Shown one piece after another: positions 18,619 to 27,182 of a stretch of 50,703 bases of DNA. Within the stretch, counting starts at the first letter, position 1, and the number at the start of each line of letters is the position of its first letter. Made by a program: the position numbers and the translations under genes. The notes under the pieces are model-generated. The model searched no databases. It saw only the letters and a program-made list of their open reading frames with translations, and had not been told where the DNA came from. The stretch comes from a virus. Its lineage: Duplodnaviria; Caudoviricetes. The stretch is taken from IMG/VR virus record IMGVR_UViG_3300043399_001247, positions 1 to 50,703 of that record, one strand, 5' to 3'.

Positions 18619-20391
18619 TTAGTTCATCCCTTTGAGGTAGGCGAGCGGGCTCTTGGCGTCGGGGCTGAATTGGCCGCGAGAGAGCTTTTTGCCTTTGTGT
18701 TGCCGGATCTTGGCGCGCATGTCGTCCAGGCGGCGCGCGCCTTCTTTGTTCGACCCGTCTCCGAGCAGCGCAACCGTTTCAGCGTCCATCACGTATTCCC
18801 CGTCCGACAGCCGCGCATCGATCGTGTCGTCGCGGCCCGAGCCGCCCCCACTCATCAGCTGTCCCGCTGCGGCCAGCGCACCACCCCGGGCCAAGCGCGG
18901 CACATCAACACTGTACGCGCCCGAGGAAATAGTGTTCCAATTTTGCGCCATGAACCGCCCGAGGTCCATGCCCGCCGAGGATGCGTCACGCTGCATCCGT
19001 TGCCAGTCGAAGCGCTGCGACGGGCGGTTGAAGTATTCTTGCTGCGCCGGGGAGAGCTGGGCGACCGCCTGCTGCGGGTTTTGCTGCCCGCCGAGCGAGC
19101 TGAGGAGTGAAGCCCCGGCCAGGAGTTGGCTGGGGTTCAGGTTGCCGAGCATGCCGCCGACCTTGCTGGCCATCCCGCCCAGCGTATTGGGCGCAGGCGC
19201 TGCGCCGGGAGCGGCACCCATGGTAGGGGCGCTCGGCGCTTGAAAACCCAGCCCTGAGCCTTCCTGCGGCAGCATCTGCGGCCCGTAAGGCGCTGCGCCG
19301 CCCGTCAGCGAATAATCTGCCGCGCCGCCGAGCGGGGAGCGCAACCCTTCCAGCACCGCGTCGGAAGGCTTCAGCCCCGTGCCGGTCGGGCCTTTTGTGC
19401 CGAACATTCGGCCGCCGCCCATTCCGGCAGCCAACCCGCTCAGGCCGCCGCCGAGCAGGGCTTCGCGCGGGGTGTAGCCCGCCGTGAGCATGTTGCCGAA
19501 GGTCTGGCCCCCAGCGCCGAGCGCGCCGCCCACCTGTCCTGCGGCGGAACCAATTCCCGCTCCAGCCGCACCGGCCAGAGCGCCGCGCAGCGGGTTGCCG
19601 CCGGTCAGAGCGCTGGAGAGCGCCCCGGTCAACCCGCCGCCCAAGATGCCTTGGGCGCCCGAGCTGAGGCCCAAGCCCAACGCATCGCTCACTCCGGAGC
19701 CGAGCAGGGGGCCCAGGCCGCCGCTCAGGCCGCCCATCAGCGCGCCGCGCAACGGGTCGCCCCCGGTGACGGCGGAGGTGAGGCCGCCGATGGCGGCTTG
19801 CCCCAGCATCGCAGCAGCGGTCCCGCTCGCCCCCAGCGCGGTGCCGATCGCCGTCCCCAGGCCGGGGGCGACCACCGAGAGCACGATCGGCGCAGCGACC
19901 TTGAGCAAGTCCTTCAGGAAGCCGAACTCGGGCAGGCCGGTGCGCGGGTTGATTTGGCCGGAACCACCCATCGAGCGGAGCATGGCGGCTTCGCGCGGGT
20001 TGATGTGGGCGAGCATTGTGTCGCCGCCCCGGCCTTGCGCGGCGATTGCGCGCGCAGCAGAAGCCAAGCCGCCTCGAGCGAATTCTTCCTGCCCGCCGCC
20101 CGCGCCCGCCCGCGCCCGCAACTCGCGCATGACGGCCAACATCGAGAGCAGCAGCGTTGCGTTGAACTGGCGCGGCGCGTCAGATTCGTCGATCAACCCG
20201 TCTTCAATCGCCTTGCGCCGCACATCGCCCCAAGCCTCGGGGTTCTCGAGCGCAAACTCCAGCAGCTGGATCAGCTCGTCCAGGCCTTCCGGGGTGATGG
20301 GCATGTCGCCCACGCGAGCTTGAATCTCGTCCGCCGCGCGCATGACGTTGGGGTCTTGCTGCGCCAGTTGGATGACTTCTTGCTTGTTCAT
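18619..20391 (-). CDS. Putative internal virion protein with Gly-rich membrane-like segment
   Basis: GRGGDTMLAHINPREA, INPRTGLPEF and GRDDTIDARLSDGEYV motifs. Confidence 0.65.
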   Translation of the reverse strand: MNKQEVIQLAQQDPNVMRAADEIQARVGDMPITPEGLDELIQLLEFALENPEAWGDVRRKAIEDGLIDESDAPRQFNATLLLSMLAVMRELRARAGAGGGQEEFARGGLASAARAIAAQGRGGDTMLAHINPREAAMLRSMGGSGQINPRTGLPEFGFLKDLLKVAAPIVLSVVAPGLGTAIGTALGASGTAAAMLGQAAIGGLTSAVTGGDPLRGALMGGLSGGLGPLLGSGVSDALGLGLSSGAQGILGGGLTGALSSALTGGNPLRGALAGAAGAGIGSAAGQVGGALGAGGQTFGNMLTAGYTPREALLGGGLSGLAAGMGGGRMFGTKGPTGTGLKPSDAVLEGLRSPLGGAADYSLTGGAAPYGPQMLPQEGSGLGFQAPSAPTMGAAPGAAPAPNTLGGMASKVGGMLGNLNPSQLLAGASLLSSLGGQQNPQQAVAQLSPAQQEYFNRPSQRFDWQRMQRDASSAGMDLGRFMAQNWNTISSGAYSVDVPRLARGGALAAAGQLMSGGGSGRDDTIDARLSDGEYVMDAETVALLGDGSNKEGARRLDDMRAKIRQHKGKKLSRGQFSPDAKSPLAYLKGMN

Positions 20392-20403
20392 GTTCGTTCT
20401 CGC

Positions 20404-20634
20404 TCAGGAAAGACCTTGCACAAAGCGCTCGGCCCACATGCGCCAGTCGGTATAAGGCGCTGGGTCCGGCAGGTTGCGCCCCAGCGTTGTGTTGTTGAAG
20501 AACTGCATGGCCCAGGACTGCCATTGCTTTTCTTCCAGCAGCCGCCCGAACGAGCCGTAGGGGTCGAGGTCTTGGCAGATGCAATCTGCCCAGTCCGTGA
20601 GGTGCAACCCTTGCGGGCGGGTGACCGAAATCAT
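20404..20634 (-). CDS. Hypothetical Trp-rich protein
   Basis: Coupled to the upstream gene; WQSWA, DWRMWAERF. Confidence 0.6.
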   Translation of the reverse strand: MISVTRPQGLHLTDWADCICQDLDPYGSFGRLLEEKQWQSWAMQFFNNTTLGRNLPDPAPYTDWRMWAERFVQGLS

Positions 20635-22160
20635 GCGGCCGCCCCCAGTGAGGTCTTGTCGCCCGGCTCCAGGTGACCAATGATCTGGCCCATCTGGTAG
20701 TTGCCGCCCACCGCGTTGCTCTCGAACCGCACGCGCAACTCGCGGCGCTGCTCCTTGAGCACCACAATCTCTTCGTGCGGCGCGGCGGGCGTTTCCGGGA
20801 ACACGTAGGCGCGGGAAACAATCTCCTTGGCGCGGGCGTTGGCGCGGCCCGTCACGCGCACCGACATCGGCCCGCTCTGCACAAAGTCGGGTTCGATCTG
20901 CGTGAGCCGCAGCGCGGAGTTCTGCCCCTGCACCAAGGCGCTCAGGTCCGCCGTTTCAAAGTAACTTTGCACCGGGGCGATGCGTTGCCCGTCGATCTCG
21001 TCGGTGCCGCGCTCGTGGATCCAGACGCGGTATCCGCTCGGGGTGGGAACGCAGTCGGTGAGGATCGGCGCGGAAAAAGCGTTGTTGAACTCACCGCTGG
21101 CGCGGCCCGAGGCGGGCAGCGCGGTGTCGTACCAAGAGTTCTCGCGCACATTGTAGATCAGGGCGTGGGTGCACTCGGTCGCGTCGCCGCGCGGGTAGCA
21201 CCACCAGATCTCCCCGTACCGAGGCACCTTGAACGCGAACACCTTGGAGCGCTGCTGGTTGTTGAGGTTGTCGAAGAACCAGTTGAGGTTCATCTGGTTG
21301 GGCACCTCGCGCACCACCCCGTTGAACATCATGAACCGGTCCACGCCGCACCAGAAGAAGATGCCGTCGTAGTCCACCACGCATTGGCTGGACATGATGG
21401 AAGTTTCGGTGGCGATCACGTCGTATTGGAACGCCGTCGCGCTGCCGCTGAACGAGGCGCGGATCACCGCGTCGTACGCCCAGAACAGCCCTGCCGGGGC
21501 GTTGCCCGCGCCCGCGCGCAGCGGCATGCCCTTCACGATCTTCTGGCCCCAGGGGCGCGCAATGTTGCTGCCCGCGCCGGTCAGGTCGGCGGGGTCGCCC
21601 GCGACGGAGTGGCCAATGATGCCGTCGGTGCCGTAGTAGAACAGGTAGGGGTGCAGCACGACGACGCCGCCCGTGGCGTTGCCGCTGGCCGGGAGCGTGA
21701 TCTCCGTGAGCGGCGCTGTGCCCAGGTTGTCGCCGATGAAAATCTGCCCGCCCGCGTCATTGCACACGCAACCCAGGTTGGGCGCCACGTGCGCGATCAA
21801 GCCGTTGCTCGACCCGCTGGGGTCGAACATGTACTGAAACATCCACTGGTTCTCCGCGCTGTCTGCGAGCGTCGTCGGGGTGCGGTCGCTGATCACGGAA
21901 GCGTTGCCGCTGGAATCAATCGTGAACCGCTCGAGCGTCGTGGCCGAGCCGCTGTGGCAATACTGGACGCCTTGTTGCGTGTAGCTCGTGAAGCCGCGCG
22001 AGATCTCGGTGAGATACTTGCTGATCGAGCGATACCCGCCGACCTTGCGCGGCAGCCCGCGCTGGAATCGCACCCACTGGCCGTCGGTGTAGAAATCACC
22101 TTCGAACCGGGTGCCGTCGCGCTTGATTCCGGCCTGCGAGCGCAGGATCGTCGTGGGCAT
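20631..22160 (-). CDS. Putative tail nozzle / DNA stabilization protein (P22 gp10-like)
   Basis: 509 aa, beta-rich; WVRFQRGLPRK, EIWWCYP, YNVRENSWY; position in tail module. Confidence 0.65.
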   Translation of the reverse strand: MPTTILRSQAGIKRDGTRFEGDFYTDGQWVRFQRGLPRKVGGYRSISKYLTEISRGFTSYTQQGVQYCHSGSATTLERFTIDSSGNASVISDRTPTTLADSAENQWMFQYMFDPSGSSNGLIAHVAPNLGCVCNDAGGQIFIGDNLGTAPLTEITLPASGNATGGVVVLHPYLFYYGTDGIIGHSVAGDPADLTGAGSNIARPWGQKIVKGMPLRAGAGNAPAGLFWAYDAVIRASFSGSATAFQYDVIATETSIMSSQCVVDYDGIFFWCGVDRFMMFNGVVREVPNQMNLNWFFDNLNNQQRSKVFAFKVPRYGEIWWCYPRGDATECTHALIYNVRENSWYDTALPASGRASGEFNNAFSAPILTDCVPTPSGYRVWIHERGTDEIDGQRIAPVQSYFETADLSALVQGQNSALRLTQIEPDFVQSGPMSVRVTGRANARAKEIVSRAYVFPETPAAPHEEIVVLKEQRRELRVRFESNAVGGNYQMGQIIGHLEPGDKTSLGAAA

Positions 22161-23359
22161 CAGAAGTCTCCGCCGATGACCACCCCGGCGGGCGCGATGC
22201 CCAACGCGGAATAAGCCGCGCCCTGGTCCACAGCGGTGAACAACGCGTCGCCGACCGAGGTGGCCCCGAGGTTGATCCGCGCGGCGGAGGCCGTGATGGC
22301 GCCAGTGCCGCCTTGGTTGACCGCGATCGGCAAGCTGATCGTGCTCGTGTCAGCATCCACGACATTGGTGCCGTCGCAATAGAAGATCGCGCGCTGACCG
22401 GAAGAGATTGTCTGCCCGGTTCCGGCTGCGGTCTTCACCGTCAGGGTGTAAGCGCCCGTCGTCTGGTTGCTCACCCAGTACTGCTGCACCGTGGCGGGAA
22501 CGATGATGATGCGGTTGCCGGTCAGAGCGCCAGTGAAGTTGTACGCGATTCGGTTCAGCTCGGCGGCGGAGAGTGTGTAGTTGCCCGTGCCGGAGACGTC
22601 GATGGAGGTGTAATCGAACGCGAAGACGGCTTGTTGGCCGAAGCCGATCGTGTAAAAGTTCACCCCGTCAGAAGCGATGATCGCGCTGTCGCCGGGCTGA
22701 AAGCTCTTGGTCGCCGCGCCGTCGATCGTTGGCGTGCCCGAAGGGTCAACAGTCACCGCGCCAGAGCCGCTGTTGCGGAAGTAGATGAACCAGTTGTTGC
22801 CCACGCTCACAGCGGAAGGCAGCGTGAGCGTGCCGCTGGCGCCCACCCAGTTGAACATTCGCGCGCGGTCGTTCACCCCGGCGGAATAATCACTGTTGAA
22901 ATCGCTGATTGGCACCGACTGGCTCAGCATGGTGCCCACGGCGACAATGCCCGTGCCGGCCAGGGAGCTGGCGTTCACCTGGCTGACAGAAGCGCCATAC
23001 TGCAGCGCGCGCCAAGTGCCTGCGGCGGTCGCGTTGCCGGAGAGATACACCTGCCAGAGCGTGCCCGAGGCAACCGTGACGACCTGCACCCCGTCTGCGT
23101 TGCGCACCGTCACGGTGTTGGCGCTCAGGTTGTTGAACAGGATCGTCTCGCCCGTGCTCGCCTCGTTGGCGGCGGGGAGCCGGATGCTGCGCCCGGCGTT
23201 GGAGGACGCGATGTCGATTATCTTGGTGGCGAAGGGGCCAGAGGAGGCTGTCTCCTCGGGCCAATTGAGCGTCACATCCGCCGTGAGCGTCAGCGACGAA
23301 TAGCTGACCTCGCTCGGGTAGATGTTGGCGCCGCCGAAGACGTCGGTGTACGTGGTCAT
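22160..23359 (-). CDS. Virion structural/tail fibre-like protein
   Basis: Thr/Ser/Gly-rich beta repeats, GGTGA..A..ARINLG fibre motif, ends GGDF. Confidence 0.65.
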   Translation of the reverse strand: MTTYTDVFGGANIYPSEVSYSSLTLTADVTLNWPEETASSGPFATKIIDIASSNAGRSIRLPAANEASTGETILFNNLSANTVTVRNADGVQVVTVASGTLWQVYLSGNATAAGTWRALQYGASVSQVNASSLAGTGIVAVGTMLSQSVPISDFNSDYSAGVNDRARMFNWVGASGTLTLPSAVSVGNNWFIYFRNSGSGAVTVDPSGTPTIDGAATKSFQPGDSAIIASDGVNFYTIGFGQQAVFAFDYTSIDVSGTGNYTLSAAELNRIAYNFTGALTGNRIIIVPATVQQYWVSNQTTGAYTLTVKTAAGTGQTISSGQRAIFYCDGTNVVDADTSTISLPIAVNQGGTGAITASAARINLGATSVGDALFTAVDQGAAYSALGIAPAGVVIGGDF

Positions 23360-23988
23360 TAAACTTCACTCCTCGCAGCGGCTCGGTCGAGCACGCGCTT
23401 CATGTCCTCGCCGCCGAGGCTTTGCGCGGCGCGGTCGTACATCGTCTGCCAGGTGCCGATCCGCTCGTCGTTCTTCAAGAACGGGGTCGCCTCCAACAGC
23501 GTTGCATACGTGAGCGCGTCCGGCGCGTAGTTGGTCAACCAGTTTTCCTGATTGTCGTCGTCCAAGAACTGCGGCTGCTCGTAATACATGACCTGCAGCG
23601 TCTTGATTTCGTTGGGTGTCGGCACCAGCAGCCAATGCTGGTAGTCGTAGTCCGCATAGAACTCGGGCGCGTCCGTCGCGGCTTCGTCGGGCCAGTAGTT
23701 GCGGCAGTATTCGTAACTGCGCGCGAAGATCGGCCTTCCGTCCACCGTCATCGAGATCGTGTCGCGCCACCGGTCGGGCTTGCGATACGCGGCCAAGCCG
23801 ACTTGCAACGGAGTTGTCACCGCTCGCACAAAGCCCAGGATCTTCAGGTCGCGCGCAATGCGCCGCTCGGCGAGCGTGACGAGGCGCGGCAGCTGCTCGT
23901 AGACGATGGGGTCGCTTTCGGCCGTGAAGCCGCGCTCGAGATAACGCCGCGCGTCCTCCAGCAAGCTCGCATACGTCATCTTGTACAT
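23359..23988 (-). CDS. Putative head-tail adaptor / tail tubular protein A
   Basis: LAERRIARDL, PTPN, NWLTNYAPDALTYATLLEA motifs. Confidence 0.65.
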   Translation of the reverse strand: MYKMTYASLLEDARRYLERGFTAESDPIVYEQLPRLVTLAERRIARDLKILGFVRAVTTPLQVGLAAYRKPDRWRDTISMTVDGRPIFARSYEYCRNYWPDEAATDAPEFYADYDYQHWLLVPTPNEIKTLQVMYYEQPQFLDDDNQENWLTNYAPDALTYATLLEATPFLKNDERIGTWQTMYDRAAQSLGGEDMKRVLDRAAARSEV

Positions 23989-24038
23989 GGTGACTCCAAT
24001 GTTGACTGAAGCCGCTGATGCAGCGAGCGCCTGGCCGA

Positions 24039-24067
24039 ATTATGCTGCGTAAGTGTGTTCACGGCAA
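24039..24067 (-). promoter_or_regulatory. Sigma70-like promoter TTGCCG-N17-CATAAT
   Basis: Exact 17-nt spacer; same consensus at three other late intergenic sites. Confidence 0.6.
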
Positions 24068-24072
24068 CCCGA

Positions 24073-24552
24073 TCAGAACAGAGCACACTCGGCCTCGCGG
24101 CGGCGCACCAGCCCCGGCAGCACTCGCCCGCCGCCCCGCACCCAAAGGCGGAGCTGCTCCTTGGCCCCGCGCCAGTCTTGGGCGTTGAGCTTACGACGCA
24201 GAGTGCTGGTTTGCAGCCGCCCGACGCCCAGGTTGTAGGCGAAGTCCACAATCGCGCAGAACACGGCCCAGTTGTCCGTGAGCAATGCTTGCGCATAAAG
24301 GCCCGGACACAACCGACGGACGCCCGGCGCATACGTCTTGAGCAGCTCGACCTTGAGCCAGCGCTCGGCGGTTGCCTTGGTGATCGGCGGGTCGTCCATG
24401 GACACCTTGCGCCCGTCGGGGCGGTGCACCGTGCCGTAGCCCTGAGTTGGGTATCCGGCGGGGCACACGTAAGGGTAGACGAGGCCGTCCTTGCCGACGC
24501 GGTGCAGCCCTTCGAAGCGCTTGCACAACTCTTCGGCGATGGCCAGTCGCAT
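24073..24552 (-). CDS. Endolysin (GH24 lysozyme)
   Basis: FEG...YVCPAGYPTQGYG, DFAYNLG, STLRRKLN, GLVRRREAE. Confidence 0.9.
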   Translation of the reverse strand: MRLAIAEELCKRFEGLHRVGKDGLVYPYVCPAGYPTQGYGTVHRPDGRKVSMDDPPITKATAERWLKVELLKTYAPGVRRLCPGLYAQALLTDNWAVFCAIVDFAYNLGVGRLQTSTLRRKLNAQDWRGAKEQLRLWVRGGGRVLPGLVRRREAECALF

Positions 24553-25046
24553 CAGAGCCCCCGCTGCTTCAGGGTGCGGTCGAGGAACCAGTAATTGATG
24601 GTCCCCGACAGCAGCGCCGCAAAGTCCGGCGTCATCATCGCTTTGAACACGGCGTCCGGCGCCATGCCGCTGCTCCAGCCATTCCAAGCGAACCAAACGT
24701 GCACGAAGGACCAGATGAACAACACCCAGTACGTGACCACGGGCCGCACACTGGCGGAGAGCGCTGCGGCCCAGCCGCCCGCAGCCTGGGCCATTGCGGC
24801 TTGCTGATTGATCGCGGCGTTGAAGGCGTCCATGACACCCACGTCCACAGCGGCGTCGCGCTCCGCGCCGATCTCGGCGAGCTTCTGTTGGCCCCGGACC
24901 TTCTCCAGGTCGCACTGGCGGTCGAACATCGCCAGCTCGTGGCTGCGCTCGTTCTTCTTGTCGAAGAACTTCAGCACCTCGGGCGCCAGGCGGAACACCC
25001 CGCCGATCAGGCCTCCGAGCACCCCTCCGCCGAGCAGCTCAATCAT
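24552..25046 (-). CDS. Putative holin (3TM, GTA-holin-like)
   Basis: ASVRPVVTY motif and hydrophobic segments; directly upstream of the endolysin. Confidence 0.7.
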   Translation of the reverse strand: MIELLGGGVLGGLIGGVFRLAPEVLKFFDKKNERSHELAMFDRQCDLEKVRGQQKLAEIGAERDAAVDVGVMDAFNAAINQQAAMAQAAGGWAAALSASVRPVVTYWVLFIWSFVHVWFAWNGWSSGMAPDAVFKAMMTPDFAALLSGTINYWFLDRTLKQRGL

Positions 25047-25049
25047 GGT

Positions 25050-25259
25050 TCAAGCCTTCCAGTGGCTGGAGATCCAACCGAGCAAGCCGCCGAACATGGA
25101 CGCGATCGTCATGCCCATCCAGAAGCCGCCCTTGCTCTTGTTGGCCAACTCGAGGAGCTGCTCAATTTGCCGCTCCATCTTGTCCATCTTCTTGTCCATT
25201 TCCTGCACGCGCTGCCACAGCACGCCGTACTTCACAGGATCGATCTCGCTCGGCTCCAT
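25050..25259 (-). CDS. Small coiled-coil plus TM protein (lysis-associated?)
   Basis: Coiled coil followed by KGGFW and a hydrophobic C-terminal helix; GAGG SD. Confidence 0.6.
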   Translation of the reverse strand: MEPSEIDPVKYGVLWQRVQEMDKKMDKMERQIEQLLELANKSKGGFWMGMTIASMFGGLLGWISSHWKA

Positions 25260-25297
25260 CTTTCACCTCATGCAATTGATTTTAAATTGCAAATTGC

Positions 25298-25546
25298 TTA
25301 TTTAAAATCATTCTTGGAATAGCCAAATCGCTCAATTGTTGACAAGTCTTCTACATCCTGCCAAATCGGATCAAGCGTCGGACCTTCGTATCCCGGTTGT
25401 CCATAGCCCTCGGGGTACACCTGAACGTTTTGTTTGCGCGTCATAGAGCCCTTAAGTTGGGCCATGAAGGTTTCATGTTCAGGCGTGCCAGCGATAGAGT
25501 CCAAGTCTTCACGCGTGTTAATGACTGTTTTAGAAAGTGATGCCAT
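25298..25546 (-). CDS. Hypothetical protein downstream of the DGR RT
   Basis: 82-aa ORF overlapping the RT end; AT-richer like the DGR cassette. Confidence 0.6.
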   Translation of the reverse strand: MASLSKTVINTREDLDSIAGTPEHETFMAQLKGSMTRKQNVQVYPEGYGQPGYEGPTLDPIWQDVEDLSTIERFGYSKNDFK

Positions 25547-26513
25547 AACGTTTCTCCATCCATTGAATCAGATTGTGTGAATCTGCCCACTGCGCGTGCC
25601 CAGACCACGCGGCGGCAAACTTTTGCAGCCCCTGCACGTCGCCGTGATGCACAAAGTTGGCAACTTTGCGTTTTGCTCGCAACACCGAATTTTTACGAAG
25701 CAGCTTGTGCGTCGGCCAGATTCGATAGCCTAGAAAATTAACACCCCGCTGCGTTGGCGAAATTTGCCACTTGCCAATGCGTAGCTTCAGGCGCTCCATT
25801 GAAAAATCATTGAGACGCAGAAAGCTGTCCATCAATTGATGTCGATTATCGCCTAGCACAACGATATCGTCCATGTACCGCGCCCAGTGCCGATGGCCTA
25901 AATCGAAATGCACAAACCGGTCGGCGGCGTTGCCGTAGACATTGGCAAACAGCTGGCTTGTCAGACTGCCAATTGGTATACCTTTGCCTTCAACAGGAAT
26001 GATCTCTCGCAGGATTGCAAGCGTCTTGGAGCAGTCAATCTTTTTGTCGATCATGGAGTGCAAGACAGCACGATCCACGCTGGGAAAGAACTTGGAATAA
26101 TCAGTCTTCAGGAAATACTTGGCCTCCGTGTATCGGAGCTTTGCCTGCACAAAGCGCACGCCCGCATGGGTGCCTAAGCCCACGCGGCAAGCAAATGTTT
26201 GAGGCAGCAGGCTGCGCTCGAAAATGGGTGCCACCACGTTGCAAAGCGCGTGCTGCACAAGACGGTCTTTGAAGTCCAGTGCCGAAATTAGCCTGGGCTT
26301 TGGCTCGTAGACCGTGAACTGCCGATAGCTGCCAATGCGATAGCCGCCGTCTTGCAACTCTTGCTGCACGCGCAGCAGATTAGCCTCTGCGTATTCTTTG
26401 AACTCCAAGTAGCCAAACGTCTGCTTCTTTCCGCTTGAGGTCTTTTGATAAGCAAGCCGCAGGTTGTCCATGTCGGCAATGGAGCCGATCAGATTGCGAT
26501 GCTTCTTGCCCAT
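25530..26513 (-). CDS. brt: DGR reverse transcriptase
   Basis: KPRLI, FKDRLVQHA, GIPIGSLTSQLFAN (DGR-type SQ), RYMDD, NFLGY; start MGKKHRNL at 26513. Confidence 0.95.
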   Translation of the reverse strand: MGKKHRNLIGSIADMDNLRLAYQKTSSGKKQTFGYLEFKEYAEANLLRVQQELQDGGYRIGSYRQFTVYEPKPRLISALDFKDRLVQHALCNVVAPIFERSLLPQTFACRVGLGTHAGVRFVQAKLRYTEAKYFLKTDYSKFFPSVDRAVLHSMIDKKIDCSKTLAILREIIPVEGKGIPIGSLTSQLFANVYGNAADRFVHFDLGHRHWARYMDDIVVLGDNRHQLMDSFLRLNDFSMERLKLRIGKWQISPTQRGVNFLGYRIWPTHKLLRKNSVLRAKRKVANFVHHGDVQGLQKFAAAWSGHAQWADSHNLIQWMEKRYGITF

Positions 26514-26664
26514 AAAAAAGTCGGCCGCGCTTTTGGATTTCCTACTAAGCGTTCTGCCGAACCGCGTGATGTATTTCCCGAAGGAGGATAAGACTGGCTG
26601 ACCACACTTTGATTGGCCTGCCCGCGTCGCCGTGGCAAACGTGGAGCGATAAAGTGGTGATGTC

Positions 26665-26785
26665 GTCACAGGCGAAGCGCGACCCGATGTTGTTGTTCGA
26701 GTTCGACGCAGCGTTGTTCCAGTTCGAGCATCGAGAACCGGAGTTTGCACCGTTGTTCCAGTTGCCGCCAAGGAGGACCGCATTT
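26665..26785 (-). repeat. DGR template repeat (TR)
   Basis: 121-bp copy of 27201-27321, AAC-rich on the minus strand; all 10 differences at TR adenines. Confidence 0.95.
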
Positions 26786-26794
26786 TGACCCAGC

Positions 26795-27160
26795 CTATCC
26801 CTGCTTTTGCCTGCGCTTGATCCAGGCTCCGACCATCGCGCCAACCTCTGCGATCAGCACTTGTGCTGTTTGGAGTTGGTGCGCGGTCATTGCTCGGATT
26901 GAGAGCAGGAATCGCATCCAGAATCGCAAATGAGCAAGCGCCGCATCCGCGATGTAAATCTTTGAGACTTGATTGGATTTTCCCGCTTGAAAGAAAAGGT
27001 CTGGAACACCTAGCAGGCACTCCAGAAACATCTCTCGCGCCACCCCATGCTTGCGCGGCATCGACTGGGCGATGGGGTACAAGTACGCGATCACGCGCTC
27101 GTACTTTTCCACGATGACCATTTGGTCGTAGCATGTGGTGGCGTCTTTGGCGGGTTCCAT
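26795..27160 (-). CDS. avd: DGR accessory variability determinant
   Basis: MEPAKDATTCYDQMVIVEKYERVIAYLYPIAQSMPRKHG...EVGAMVGAWIK closely resembles BPP-1 Avd as recalled. Confidence 0.92.
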   Translation of the reverse strand: MEPAKDATTCYDQMVIVEKYERVIAYLYPIAQSMPRKHGVAREMFLECLLGVPDLFFQAGKSNQVSKIYIADAALAHLRFWMRFLLSIRAMTAHQLQTAQVLIAEVGAMVGAWIKRRQKQG

Positions 27161-27166
27161 CTTATC

Positions 27167-27182
27167 GGGCGCTTTCGCGCCC
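27167..27182 (-). promoter_or_regulatory. DGR target-recognition hairpin (GGGCGC-GAAA-GCGCCC)
   Basis: Perfect 6-bp stem with GNRA loop immediately after the target stop codon. Confidence 0.8.

Noticed and set aside
18619-20391. Tape measure protein, suggested by the DTIDARLSDGEYV motif
   Set aside because: Short, and no tail tube or chaperone genes seen; context fits podovirus ejection proteins
25530-26513. Group II intron, retron or Abi RT
   Set aside because: SQ motif, short length, adjacent avd and the TR/VR pair identify a DGR
26545-26844. 99-aa ORF resembling the Mtd C-terminus (second target gene?)
   Set aside because: It is the TR read in the VR frame; TR functions as RNA
25530-27134. 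534-aa RT ORF from the track, suggesting an N-terminally extended RT
   Set aside because: The extension runs through avd and TR in another frame; DGR RT homology starts at MGKKHRNL (26513)
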